Virus record (IMG/VR): IMGVR_UViG_3300015608_003951
Location: 32,001 to 96,000 of that record
DNA length: 64,000 nt
Source: a virus
Taxonomy: Duplodnaviria > Caudoviricetes
Reading direction: 5' to 3' (one strand)
Position numbers and translations under genes: made by a program. The first letter of the stretch is position 1. Each line of letters opens with the position of its first letter. Below the pieces are notes generated by a model. The model did no database searches. It saw nothing but the letters and a program-made list of their open reading frames with translations, and was not told the DNA's origin. Positions 1-9,628 of this stretch are shown piece after piece.

Positions 1-258
1 GGGGGCATCATCATCCCGGACACCTGCGATGAAGCAGAGCGCTTCCGAAGGGGAACCGTGCTCCGAATGGGGCACCTTACCTGCGATAGCGGCGTGAAGG
101 AGGGGGACCTCGTCGTCCTGGCCGCGCAGTCCGTGCAGTACGGGTCGCAGAAGTCCGCGCACGACGGGGCTACAAAGAACATGGGCGGGGAGGAGCACCA
201 CCTGATCAAGTGGTTCGACATCCTCTTCGTGTGTGACCCTGAGGTCGAGGTCACCTTA
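1..258 (+). CDS. groES: GroES/Cpn10-like co-chaperonin (5' truncated by window; ends at TTA)
   Basis: Frame 1 reads GGIIIPDT...G.V..GDLVV...HLIKWFDILFV, typical of Cpn10. The domain ends just before TTA 256-258, which overlaps the next ATG (TTATG). Confidence 0.8.
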
Positions 259-509
259 TGCACCTGTTCTTCGAGGCCGAGCCCGGGGTGTTGGAAGTCA
301 GGTACACCTGGCTGCCCTCCTTCATCGGCCTGAACACGCAGCTGTTGAACGAGCTGGCGGTGGAGGCTGGAAAGGTGGCCGTGGGTAGGCCTCTGGACGA
401 GGCCTTGTTCCACGAGCTTGACACTCTGGCGGTTGGGATCATCACGAAGAGGCTGGCGCACGGGGCTCTTCCGGCGCTGTTCGAGGCCTTGTTGGCCCTG
501 GAGGTCTTA
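258..509 (+). CDS. hypothetical protein (ends at TTA)
   Basis: ATG is coupled to the upstream TTA. In-frame TTA 507-509 overlaps ATG 509, and the standard-code extension is low quality. Confidence 0.65.
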
Positions 510-1066
510 TGTTCAGTCAGAAAGAGGAGAAGGCCCAGTTGCCCCGAGGCATGGGCCCCAAGATTTGCGGTGCAGCCATCGCTGACATCCTCCAGCACCG
601 AAGGGTCCTAGGCCTGGGGGTTAACGCCACGGGGGAGATCCGCTACTCCATCTACCTGCGGGAGGGAGAGGCTGTGCAACCCCTGGAAGACCTGCCTCCC
701 GGGCTGGAGTCTACGGACTTCCTGCGAAGGATTCCCCGCATGGAGGAGATCTCTGCGCTGGAGCAGAGGGCTGTCTTCAACGCGTGCAGGCTGTACGCGC
801 ACGCTGCGCAGAACTGGCTGGTTCCGTTGGCTTGGGTCGCTGTGCGGGCCCCCAAGCAGGCTAGCCCGGCGAGGCCTCATCCGCTCGAAAGGGCGGACTT
901 CGACTTCCTCGGGTACCCCGGGTACCTCGGGGACGTGAACGCGGGATCCTTGTTTCTTTTGTGCGGGACGGAGCGTGGCGAAGGTGCCATGTCCGCCACG
1001 GCGTGTTTCAAGATGCAGCTTCCGAAAAACCAGGAGGAAGAGCTGTGGCCGACCTCAGTGGAGTGA
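509..1066 (+). CDS. hypothetical protein
   Basis: 185 aa ORF in a coupled operon. Confidence 0.65.
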   Translation: MFSQKEEKAQLPRGMGPKICGAAIADILQHRRVLGLGVNATGEIRYSIYLREGEAVQPLEDLPPGLESTDFLRRIPRMEEISALEQRAVFNACRLYAHAAQNWLVPLAWVAVRAPKQASPARPHPLERADFDFLGYPGYLGDVNAGSLFLLCGTERGEGAMSATACFKMQLPKNQEEELWPTSVE

Positions 1067-1548
1067 TCACCCAGTTGAGTGAGGAGTTTTCGACCAAGGC
1101 CAACCTGGCCTTTCTTCGGGCGGAGCGTCCCTTCGCAAACGAGATCGATCTCATCTTTCGCTACAAGAACATCAACGATAGGTCCAACTGGACCGTGGCC
1201 GCGCACAACATCCTCACGTCGATGCGCAGCGCGGGCCTGAGCGGGTTCAACATCCGGGCGATCCAGGGGGAATACCGCCTCAAGGAGGATGGCACGGTCG
1301 GCGTGGGGGCGGTCCTGATGGTCCAGGGTCCTGCGGAGCACCTGCCCGCCATCTTGCAGCAGATCGCCGTCTGGGTCCGCGCTACGCCTCAGGTCAAGCG
1401 GCAGCCTGCCCGATTTGTCCAGATCACGGACGACATGAGCATCTTTCGGGTGAAGCCCAACGGAGCCGGCATCGCCCCTGGGGCTGGCCACAACCCCGTA
1501 GCGGCCATCGACCGCTACAACTACAACAAAGCGCAAGGCCTGATCTGA
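1045..1548 (+). CDS. hypothetical protein
   Basis: GTG 1045 follows AGGAGG. TGATG overlap with the next gene. Confidence 0.7.
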   Translation: MADLSGVITQLSEEFSTKANLAFLRAERPFANEIDLIFRYKNINDRSNWTVAAHNILTSMRSAGLSGFNIRAIQGEYRLKEDGTVGVGAVLMVQGPAEHLPAILQQIAVWVRATPQVKRQPARFVQITDDMSIFRVKPNGAGIAPGAGHNPVAAIDRYNYNKAQGLI

Positions 1549-2243
1549 TGACTATCCGAGACGCGATCCGACAGCGGCTTGGGACGACGGAGGTGCGTGC
1601 CTCAACCGTCAGTAAGCCCGTGGATGAGAGCAAGATCCCGGAGCGTGATAAGGAGCTCCTCGCAAAACACGCGACTGATCTTGAGAAGATGTTCGAGGTG
1701 AAGGACCGCGCCAAGTATGAGATTGAGCTCATCCTGAGCGGCACGCTCATGAAGGGGGCTCCTATCCACGGCATGGTTACGGTCTGGCAGCGGCCTAGGC
1801 ACGCCAGCGAGGGGAACCTGTCCAACCTCTACTGGTGCCCCGGGGCGTTGTCCAACAAGTCCAACTGCATGGAGCTAATCCCGGACTTCGGGAACGATAG
1901 CGTGGCTCACGTGTGTCCCAAGTGCGGGTGTGTTTGGGATGCCCGGAGCACGGTGAGCGGGCTTCAGCGGGAGCTGACCGGCGTGAAGTGGGCTCACCTC
2001 CTTGACCAGGTCTTCAACAAGGCCGGGCGATGCGCAGACCTGACGGTGAAGGTCTACCCCCGCCAGCTCCGGGCCACGGTTGCGCAGGAGATGAACAAGA
2101 ACTTCAACGGAGAGCTGCTCTCGAAGCTTGATGAGCGGATGATCAAGGCCGTCTATCGTTTCACGGACATCTTGAAGGACATGGGCAACGGCAGCTCCTT
2201 TGAGCGAAACGCGCTGTCCATGCTCAAGGCTCTGGGCGCATGA
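1548..2243 (+). CDS. hypothetical protein with Cys cluster / putative zinc ribbon
   Basis: WCPG...NCMEL...CPKCGC motif. ATGA overlap downstream. Confidence 0.65.
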   Translation: MTIRDAIRQRLGTTEVRASTVSKPVDESKIPERDKELLAKHATDLEKMFEVKDRAKYEIELILSGTLMKGAPIHGMVTVWQRPRHASEGNLSNLYWCPGALSNKSNCMELIPDFGNDSVAHVCPKCGCVWDARSTVSGLQRELTGVKWAHLLDQVFNKAGRCADLTVKVYPRQLRATVAQEMNKNFNGELLSKLDERMIKAVYRFTDILKDMGNGSSFERNALSMLKALGA

Positions 2244-2482
2244 ACCTCCCGGAAGACTACCTGGTGATGAGCTACCGCAAGGCTATCCTCACCTACGTCC
2301 AGGAGCACCTTCGAAGCTTGGAGCCTGGGTCCTTGAAGCCCGTGGATGCGATCCAAGCAGAGAACTTGCCGGCCACCATTGCCGGCCTACCCGTAAGCCA
2401 TCTGCGCAGCTACGTCGCTGAGCTTGAGCAGGAAATCATCAGCCTGGAGACCGGGCTGGAGGAGTACAAGGTAACCCGATGA
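2240..2482 (+). CDS. hypothetical protein (C-terminal coiled coil)
   Basis: ATGA overlaps at both ends. Confidence 0.65.
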   Translation: MNLPEDYLVMSYRKAILTYVQEHLRSLEPGSLKPVDAIQAENLPATIAGLPVSHLRSYVAELEQEIISLETGLEEYKVTR

Positions 2483-2766
2483 GCGAACCGGCAACCAAGC
2501 AAGACCTGACGGACGTGGCGGACATGATCATATCCGCAGTCGGCGGCGACCTCGATCTGGTCCGACAGGTGGTGCAGAATATCGACGTTAGGAACGTCGT
2601 GCTTTACAACGTGTTCCGAGACGTGTGCATGGGGTCCATAGAGATCCCCCTTACGGCGGAGCAGTTCGAGGAGATCGTGGTTCGGTACGCGAAGAAGGCC
2701 TCTGAACCCCTCAACCCCGTCCCCGAGCCCCGGATCGTTAGCCCTCACGAGGATAACGATGAGTGA
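2479..2766 (+). CDS. hypothetical protein
   Basis: ATGA overlap and coding-like composition. Confidence 0.65.
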   Translation: MSEPATKQDLTDVADMIISAVGGDLDLVRQVVQNIDVRNVVLYNVFRDVCMGSIEIPLTAEQFEEIVVRYAKKASEPLNPVPEPRIVSPHEDNDE

Positions 2767-2938
2767 AGAGCGCAAGGCCCGGATCGGGGCACTCGTGGAT
2801 GCCTTCGAGCAGTACCTTATGCGCAGCAACCTGGGGGGTAAGCTGTCGAGCTACGAGCGCAGTATGTTGAACACGTTCTGCATCTGGCTCGAAGATTCCA
2901 GGGCTAAACGAAGCGCCCCCCCGAAGGACCCCCGCTTA
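2759..2938 (+). CDS. small hypothetical protein (ends at TTA)
   Basis: GAGGA SD upstream. The first ~55 aa are protein-like. The first in-frame TTA (2936-2938) falls exactly where the convergent gene ends. Confidence 0.55.
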
Positions 2939-4576
2939 CTTGCTGGCCACCTTCTTCAGCGACTCCTCCAGCTGGGCGTTGTCCAGCGAGGCGTACAGGT
3001 CGGGGCCCGTGGGCTGGGCCTGGGGGAGTTGAGCGGGCGCCTCCGCGGTGGGGGCGGGGGCGTTCGCCATGTCCTGGATGTAGAAGGCCATGACCGCCCG
3101 CAGCGGTCCCATCAACAGGTCCAGGGTCTCGTCCGCCAGGCCTGCCATCGATTTGACCCGCAGCTCGCGGGCCATTGCCTCGATGGCGTCCCTGTTGGGG
3201 ACGCCGTTGGGGACCGTGAGCATCGCGATGCTCAACAAGCCCGCCAAGAGCGCGGTCCCCGTTTCCGTACGCAAGAAGTCGGAGACCTTCTTGCGAGTCG
3301 ACTCGTCGTCCTCCCCGAGGTGCCGGGCGATGGCCGCGGCCAAGGGGTCGCGCACCAGCTTTGTGAGCTGGTTTGCCGCCGTCCTGATGGCGGCCTCCTT
3401 GGCGTCGTTCTTGGCCACCTCCTTGAACGAAGGCAGCGTGGGCGGGGTATCCTTTTGCATGGTCTCCTCCTTGATCACAGTTGTCTTATCCCAGAGAACG
3501 TTGATCTTTTTCTCGGCCAGCGCCTTCAACTTCCCGACGAAGGCCTCTTTGGTGGCCGTCCCGAACACCTTGCTGAACTGCACTGACCCGGTCATTGTGT
3601 CGAGCTTGTGGCCCGGCTGCCCCTCCCAGACGATCTCCTCGCAGCCGCGGGCCGTGGCCGTCCCCAGCAGGGTGTGCAACCACACATAGGAGGGGTCGTT
3701 CAGGCTGAGCCAGAGGCCGTCCGTCTCCAGCGGCAGGTACTTGTCGTAGTCGGGGGTCGACGCAACAGGGCCTGTGAGCTCGAACAGCCTTGCGATCGTA
3801 GATCCCGAGGCCTGACCTCCGACTGGGTATACGACCGCCTCGCCGGCGTTCAGCCCCATGGCCAGGACGAGGTCCTCCTTTGGGCCGAGCAGCACCAGCG
3901 CCCAGTGAAACTCCTCGACCTGCAAACGGATGTTGGCGCTTTGGATAGCCCTGCCGGGGCGCAGGACGTTCATGCTCCGCAGATGGCGCATAACCATCTT
4001 GAAGAGATTCTCGTGGAACCAGTCCTTCCCGTCGGCCAGCTCGATGCGGGCGTCTGCGAGCTGGATGAGCGGGATGAACAGATCGCCGTCCACCGCACGA
4101 TTCTTATCGTCGACAGCCAGCCTGCATCTGCCGTAGCCCCCCTGATTGTCCGCGTACTCCAGCCAGCGGGAGCCGTTCTTCTCGGTGTAGAGCCGAAGCC
4201 CTCCGAACGTCCCCACCTTAAGCAGAACCGAGGAGTACTCGGTGTACAGGTTCAGCTGCGCCAGGACGCACTCGCCGGCGTGCTCGTACGCCTTGTGCTT
4301 GATGCAGTCGCCGAACTCGGCCATCAGGCGGCTCTTGGCCACCGGATTATCTAGCGTGTCGTCCTGGTCCCAGGAGAGCACCTCCATCTTGTCCATGTCG
4401 ATCTTGGCCGTCAGAAGAGGATCGCTCTCCTGCCCCCTCGCCAGCACGATGATGTTCAGCAGGTTGTGGTCCGTGGTGGCCACGATAGTCCGGGCTGTGC
4501 CGAGGTGGAGCAGAGACAGCCTCCGCTTCGCAAAGAACCGCAGCTCCGTTTCAAAGCTGGAAAATGCTTCGATCAT
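2936..4576 (-). CDS. hypothetical protein, possibly with an internal start at 3460 (MQKD...)
   Basis: 546 aa ORF with an AGGAGG SD. A second AAGGAGGAG SD and an ATAA motif precede ATG 3460. Confidence 0.7.
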   Translation of the reverse strand: MIEAFSSFETELRFFAKRRLSLLHLGTARTIVATTDHNLLNIIVLARGQESDPLLTAKIDMDKMEVLSWDQDDTLDNPVAKSRLMAEFGDCIKHKAYEHAGECVLAQLNLYTEYSSVLLKVGTFGGLRLYTEKNGSRWLEYADNQGGYGRCRLAVDDKNRAVDGDLFIPLIQLADARIELADGKDWFHENLFKMVMRHLRSMNVLRPGRAIQSANIRLQVEEFHWALVLLGPKEDLVLAMGLNAGEAVVYPVGGQASGSTIARLFELTGPVASTPDYDKYLPLETDGLWLSLNDPSYVWLHTLLGTATARGCEEIVWEGQPGHKLDTMTGSVQFSKVFGTATKEAFVGKLKALAEKKINVLWDKTTVIKEETMQKDTPPTLPSFKEVAKNDAKEAAIRTAANQLTKLVRDPLAAAIARHLGEDDESTRKKVSDFLRTETGTALLAGLLSIAMLTVPNGVPNRDAIEAMARELRVKSMAGLADETLDLLMGPLRAVMAFYIQDMANAPAPTAEAPAQLPQAQPTGPDLYASLDNAQLEESLKKVASK

Positions 4577-4651
4577 GATTCCTCCTTCGCCCCCCTTATT
4601 CCGTGTTTCACCAGTCTTCTCCGGTAGGCGAGCTTGAGCGGGCTACGGAAG

Positions 4652-4671
4652 CCCCGGCCTGAAGGCCGGGG
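4652..4671. terminator. GC-rich hairpin (terminator or IS200/IS605-like end)
   Basis: CCCCGGCCT-GA-AGGCCGGGG perfect inverted repeat in an intergenic gap. Confidence 0.5.
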
Positions 4672-4676
4672 ATCGT

Positions 4677-4910
4677 TTACACCGATTGTAGGAGGCTGTC
4701 GAACAAGGCGCGCAGCCTGCCCTCTGCCCATGTGATTGCCCTGCGCTTGTCCGACTCTAGCAAGTGCTTGCTCACGAAGGTGACGTTGAGCCGATGTGCG
4801 TGCAGCATCCAGTTTCCGTGGATAAAAGCGAGCTCCACGGAGACAGTGTTACCGGGCACCCGGAACTTACGCACCCAGACGCGGGCAGCCGTGGAGTACC
4901 GCCAGCGCAT
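4677..4910 (-). CDS. hypothetical protein
   Basis: ATG overlaps the TTA of the upstream gene (TTATG on the minus strand). Confidence 0.6.
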   Translation of the reverse strand: MRWRYSTAARVWVRKFRVPGNTVSVELAFIHGNWMLHAHRLNVTFVSKHLLESDKRRAITWAEGRLRALFDSLLQSV

Positions 4911-5989
4911 AAGCCAAGCACCTTCTTGAGGATCTCTTCGGCCGTGAGGAAGCCCGAAGCCAGCAGGGCTCGGATGTGCTCCTTGTCCGCCGAGGAGATG
5001 GGCGACTTGGGCTGGTTGTCTGCCTGGGCAACGGCCTGCTTCAGCGAGGCGATCTCCTCCCCGCGGGCGTCTAGCGCCCTCTTCGCAGCGGCGTAATCAG
5101 TCTTGAGCTCCTGGAGCTCTTTTATGACCTTCTCCAGGGAGAGCCGGGCCGACGAGAGATCCGCTTGAGTCTTCGTGAGCTTCGAGCTGTTTGCCTCCGA
5201 GTCCGCGAGCATTGCGAGAATGGTCCGGTCGCAGCGCTCCTTCTCCGCTGTCAGGGTGTTGATCTGCGACTGTAGCGCGGTGTTGATCTGCTCCGCTTCC
5301 CTGTAGAGGGTAGCGAACCCTTCATCCACCTGGGCGAGTGCGGCCTTCCCCTCTTCGCTGACCCGAGGGGGGACCGCGGGGGCCGCGGAGGGCTTCGGCT
5401 TGCGATCCTCCCACCAGGACCTGATGATCTGTGGGCAGCGCTCCGGGACGTTGACCCTCCGCTCGATAGTCTCCTCCAGGGTAGCGCCGTCGTGGATCGT
5501 GGAGGGAAGGAGTGGGTTCGCCTTCAAGGCCTCGTAGACGTCGTCCCAATCTGAGAAGGACTGATCCAGTCCGATGATGGTGCCGGCCATCGCCGTGAGC
5601 CAGTCCCCCGCCTCGGGCTCCGCCTTACCCGACTTCTCACCCCTCTCGGCGCTTTGTGCCTGCAAGAAGCTGAGCCGGTACTTGTCCTGCACCGTCTTGA
5701 GTAGGTTCCCCCAGTTTGCCGTGGTGGGCGGCAGGCCGCGGCAGTAGATATTGTGGCTTTTCATGGCCATGGTCGGCGCGATGGTCGCCGAGCTCACCTG
5801 GAGGTTAGTGATCCACACGCCGGCCACGATGTTGTACTTCTTCAGGTAGTTCGTGTCCGGCGAGAACTCCAGGGTGTGCACCTGCACTTGAAACCCGATC
5901 TCCTCCAGGGCCCGTGCCTTGACGAGGACATCCTTCCGATCGGGGTGGGGCACGAACAGCAAAATACCGGGCTTCGGCATGTTTTCCAT
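4910..5989 (-). CDS. coiled-coil hypothetical protein (ends at TTA)
   Basis: ATG 5989 follows GGAGA. Long heptad region. Ends ...EILKKVLG-TTA (4912-4910). Confidence 0.7.
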
Positions 5990-6046
5990 AGGGTGTATCT
6001 CCACAGGCGTTATCCCGTCCTTGCGCCTATTCTTGCCCAGAAGCAC

Positions 6047-6081
6047 AAAAGGCCCGATACCCCGGAGGGGTCGGACCTTTT
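6047..6081. terminator. intrinsic (probably bidirectional) terminator
   Basis: AAAAGGCCCGA...TCGGACCTTTT hairpin flanked by A and T runs. Confidence 0.65.
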
Positions 6082-6102
6082 GGGTTAGGCGAGGGGTAGG
6101 TG

Positions 6103-6261
6103 TCAGGCCGCCTGCATCAGCAGCTGCTGAAGCTTCAGCCTATCCTCGGGGGGGAGGGTCTTGTCCTTCAGGAGATCCGTGGCGCGCTTCCGGTCCGAGG
6201 GGTCGGGGACCGGACTATCGGAAAGCCGGAGCGCGAGTTCGCGCAGGAGTTCGTGGGCCAT
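6103..6261 (-). CDS. small hypothetical protein
   Basis: ATG 6261 follows AAGGA. 52 aa helical ORF. Confidence 0.55.
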   Translation of the reverse strand: MAHELLRELALRLSDSPVPDPSDRKRATDLLKDKTLPPEDRLKLQQLLMQAA

Positions 6262-6334
6262 GGGTGTAGTCCTTGTATGACACTGATTTACGTGTCCGTC
6301 AAGGACGACACCCGAGATCTGCCCCTGACAGGAC

Positions 6335-7381
6335 CTACTTGCTCTGAAGGCAGGCCCACGTTTTGGGGCCAACAATGCCGTCCACCTGGAGCTTATTCAT
6401 GGTCTGGAACGCCCTGACAGCCTTGACCGTGGCGGGGCTGAGCACCCCGTCCGCTCCGTTTACGCCTAGGTTGTACCCGAGCTCAATCAGCTTATCCTGA
6501 ATCTCCTTCACCGTGGGCGGGCTGTCGGTATAGGGGATATGCTCGCTCCAGGAGGCCAGATCTTCCGCAAAGTCCGGCATGTCGACCCCGTACAGCCGCT
6601 CGATGACAGGACGGATGGCGTTGTACCTGGCGGGGTAGATCGCGATCTTCGGCCCAAAGGTAAGTGCGCGCAGAAGCGGAATGGCCTGCTCCTTCGTAGC
6701 GGGAAGGGCCTGACCCATCTCAGGGAGGGCTGCCTTGTACTGGTTGGCCGCCACGAGCGGCAGATTCGCGGAGAAGGAGAGGAACGCCGCCTGAACTGCG
6801 CCCACCCAGCCGGAAGATGTGGTTAGACCCGACGGGTAGATCTGAGGCCTAACGTCCGGCATGACGAACGTCAAAAGCTTGTTCAACACGTGTTTGCGCT
6901 GGACCTCCACGGGAGTGGGCAAGGCCAGGAGGTTACACATCGCGGAGGCCGTCTGCTTGGCTTGCGCCTTCGAGGCGTCCGTCCAAGAACCGTCTCGCCC
7001 GTCGCAGCCATAGAGGAGCTGGGCCATGTTCGAGGAGTCGAGCGGCCTACCGTCGTGCAGGAGCTTACCGGCGCTCAGCTGCACACCCCTGGACGCCAGG
7101 AGGTCGAGCAGCTCCTTCGATTCGCCAGGGCAAACCTTGACGATATCGCTGAGGAGAGCAGAGGCCGCGTGGGTGGCGCCCGCCAGCTGGATGTAGCCCA
7201 GGCTGTAGACCGCCCTGTCATACCCGTTAAAGGCGTCCGCGCGACCACCCTCTGTGGCCGTGATCACAGCCATCACTTTCAACCCAGACGAGGAGGAGGC
7301 GTTGGCGTCAAGAGCCCCCGCTGTACCCCTGAACATCCACCCAGCGTACCCGCCATACTTGCCCCACGTAAAATCTTGCAT
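6335..7381 (-). CDS. endolysin with lysozyme-like N-terminal domain and C-terminal peptidoglycan-binding domain
   Basis: C-terminal LGY...ADGVL.PAT.KAVRAFQ...L.VDGIVGPKTW matches PG_binding_1. N-terminal TEG...SLGYIQ resembles a lysozyme-superfamily motif. Confidence 0.85.
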   Translation of the reverse strand: MQDFTWGKYGGYAGWMFRGTAGALDANASSSSGLKVMAVITATEGGRADAFNGYDRAVYSLGYIQLAGATHAASALLSDIVKVCPGESKELLDLLASRGVQLSAGKLLHDGRPLDSSNMAQLLYGCDGRDGSWTDASKAQAKQTASAMCNLLALPTPVEVQRKHVLNKLLTFVMPDVRPQIYPSGLTTSSGWVGAVQAAFLSFSANLPLVAANQYKAALPEMGQALPATKEQAIPLLRALTFGPKIAIYPARYNAIRPVIERLYGVDMPDFAEDLASWSEHIPYTDSPPTVKEIQDKLIELGYNLGVNGADGVLSPATVKAVRAFQTMNKLQVDGIVGPKTWACLQSK

Positions 7382-7397
7382 GGGGCTAAGTCTAGGT

Positions 7398-8051
7398 TCA
7401 AAGGGCCACGGAGGCCAGAAAGCTCTTCCCTGTCTGGCTCGTGAGCGAGATCTCCAGGAGGAGCGTACCTAGCTGCGGTTGTACGGCACAGCGCTCCACG
7501 GTGGCGCGCATGAGCCGCTCCTCCCTGCGGAGCCTCGTATTCGTAGCCTGAAGCGAGATCAGCTGCTCCGATGCACGGCGCACGGCCAGCACCGCAGCAG
7601 AGCGCAGGTCCATCCCGTTGCCTGGCCTGAAGGCAGATCTAGCCACGGAAAGGAGGCCACCGCCGAGCAACGGGTACCTGAGGTTTGTGCCCGGGGTCAT
7701 CATCAGCAATCGAACAAAGGTTTGCACCAGCCGAGGCAAGCCCTGGACACGACGGGTCTGCTTGCCTGCCCTGAAACGGAGGAGCACCTTGTCGGAGAAC
7801 GGCGTGTTCGACGAGGTCACAGAGGCCCTGAGCTCATGCCCCGCCAGACCTTGAGGCACCTGGGCGACGATCGTGAACTTATCTTGGACGTAAAAAGACG
7901 GGGATGGGGTGTCGTTCAGCCGAACCTCATCCACGCCCACGAAGGGGCCCCCCTGGATGCGCACGCTCGTGGGCACCAGGTTAGGTACATAGTCGAGCCT
8001 GCTCACGTCGAGGAGGCTCTGCACCTCGACCACCTGCAAATCGTAGGTCAT
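7398..8051 (-). CDS. putative baseplate wedge (gp25-like) protein with N-terminal Ig-like region
   Basis: LVQTFVRLLMMTPGT..RYP.LGGGL resembles gp25-like proteins. Own ATG at 8051 just after TTA, with TAGAGT -10 box. Confidence 0.55.
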   Translation of the reverse strand: MTYDLQVVEVQSLLDVSRLDYVPNLVPTSVRIQGGPFVGVDEVRLNDTPSPSFYVQDKFTIVAQVPQGLAGHELRASVTSSNTPFSDKVLLRFRAGKQTRRVQGLPRLVQTFVRLLMMTPGTNLRYPLLGGGLLSVARSAFRPGNGMDLRSAAVLAVRRASEQLISLQATNTRLRREERLMRATVERCAVQPQLGTLLLEISLTSQTGKSFLASVAL

Positions 8052-8054
8052 GGC

Positions 8055-8813
8055 TAACTCTAGCCTGAACCGGTGGGTCGTGTCGCGGATCCAGCCCGCG
8101 GGGGCGGGCCCCCTGAAGTACATGCCCGTGAGATCGCAGTCCTCGAAGGTTACCCCGAGCTCTGCGTTAGCAAACACGGCCTTCCTGAGATTGCAACGAC
8201 GGAACACCAGAGCGCCCTCATGCTTGAAGCGCACGTCGGTAAGTGACATGCCGTGCAGGTCGCACTCCTCGACGACACACGGCGTACACACCGACCAGGT
8301 GTGGGCTCGTGCGAAGGACAGGTCGCACTGCCTCAAGTCCACAGAGTTGTTTATTTCCCAGATGCAGGCGTGGCTCATGCTCGTTCTGCTTATGCGTAGG
8401 TCAGAGGTGTTCCGCACGTTAGCCGACCTGAAGATCGCGCCATCCATGGCGAAGGTATCCACCCCCACGACGGACCCGTGCAAGAAGTTCACCCCTTCGA
8501 GGACCAGGGAGCCGCCTGCTTGAAACCGAGCTGCCGCCAGAGTTACGCCCCGGAGCTCCAGGTCTTCGAAGTCCTCGAAGACCTCTCCGGCAAGATCGAA
8601 GTAAGGGAGCACGCCCAGGCTGAGCGTCTTGCGCACTGCTGCATTGCCTGACGTTAGCGCATGGAGCAGGTCCTTCCTGGTCCACGAAAAGATGAGCTGT
8701 GCGGTCGTACTCTTGAAGTGGATGTCCCTCGACTGTAGGTAGGCCTTGAGTGCGCGGAACTGGGTGTCGGTTAGCACCTTCTTCAGGCGCATGACATCGG
8801 CTTGAACTAGCAT
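8055..8813 (-). CDS. pentapeptide-repeat protein (ends at TTA)
   Basis: VDLRQCDLSFA, CDLHGMSLTDVRF, CNLRKAVFANAEL and CDLTGM repeats. TTA 8057-8055 separates it from the baseplate gene. Confidence 0.75.
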
Positions 8814-8886
8814 CGGGTCTGTTATGCCCGGAACGCGTGAGGTCCTGTAAGTTGACCTGCCTGTGCTGCCGGGCGAAAATCAAGAA

Positions 8887-9315
8887 ATGCCCGAGAAAGC
8901 CAAGCAGAGGTTCCTGTCGCTGGTGGACCACGCCAAACCCGAGGACAAGGAGGCCGTCATCGTCTCAGAGATGGCTCTCTTGGTGGAGGCCGCGGCCAAG
9001 ACTAACCTGGAGCTGGAAGCGTTGCGAGCGACCATGATCAAGGAGTTCGAAGCCGTGCATCAAGAAATACAGCAGATCGAGGTCAGCGAAGATGAGCTTG
9101 TCGCTCGCATCGTCCTCGCCTTTAGCCAGCAGGCCAAGGCTGATAAAGAGCAGAACGCCAAGCTCACGGAGCTCAGCCGTAAGGTCACGGGCAGGGAGGT
9201 CGCCCTGGGCTCGGCCAAGATCTTTGGGGCTGTCGTGGCTCTTCTCGGGGGACAGGATCTTCTTCAGTGGGTCGCAGGTCTTATCAAGGCTTCGATCCGG
9301 TTGATGATATCCTTA
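8887..9315 (+). CDS. coiled-coil protein with C-terminal hydrophobic segment (possible holin/antiholin; ends at TTA)
   Basis: Coiled coil followed by IFGAVVALLGG. TTA 9313-9315 lies 4 nt before the next ATG. Confidence 0.55.
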
Positions 9316-9319
9316 GGTC

Positions 9320-9628
9320 ATGGAACCCTCTGTCACCCAAGAACAGCAAGAGATCGCTCAGCTGCTGCTGTCGGCAGCCATTCCGTGGCTAAAAACGCAC
9401 CCCTGGGCGATCTGGGTGTGCGCTGGAGGCCTGCTGCTCCTGGCCACATCCTTCGTGGCTGGAGTGTCTAGCGACATGATCGACTACACCAAGCTCACCA
9501 CGACCAGGAGCCGTGCCGCCTACCGGATCGCCAGGAGGTGCGGCATCTTCTTCAAGGGCTTCTCCCGCGATGTCTACGAGCTCTGTACAGGGAAGAGCTC
9601 AGGGGGCGCTCCGGACTCCGAGCCCTGA
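9320..9628 (+). CDS. small membrane protein (possible holin)
   Basis: TM segment WAIWVCAGGLLLLATSFVAGV and a basic C-terminus. Leaderless -10 box. Lies near lysis genes. Confidence 0.55.
   Translation: MEPSVTQEQQEIAQLLLSAAIPWLKTHPWAIWVCAGGLLLLATSFVAGVSSDMIDYTKLTTTRSRAAYRIARRCGIFFKGFSRDVYELCTGKSSGGAPDSEP

Noticed and set aside
9308-9319. Terminal TTA codons as a by-product of AT-rich -10 boxes overlapping gene ends
   Set aside because: This could contribute at 9313, 35185, 8057, 40236 and 45696. It cannot explain the seven TTATG junctions, the consistent reading frame, or the absence of internal TTA.
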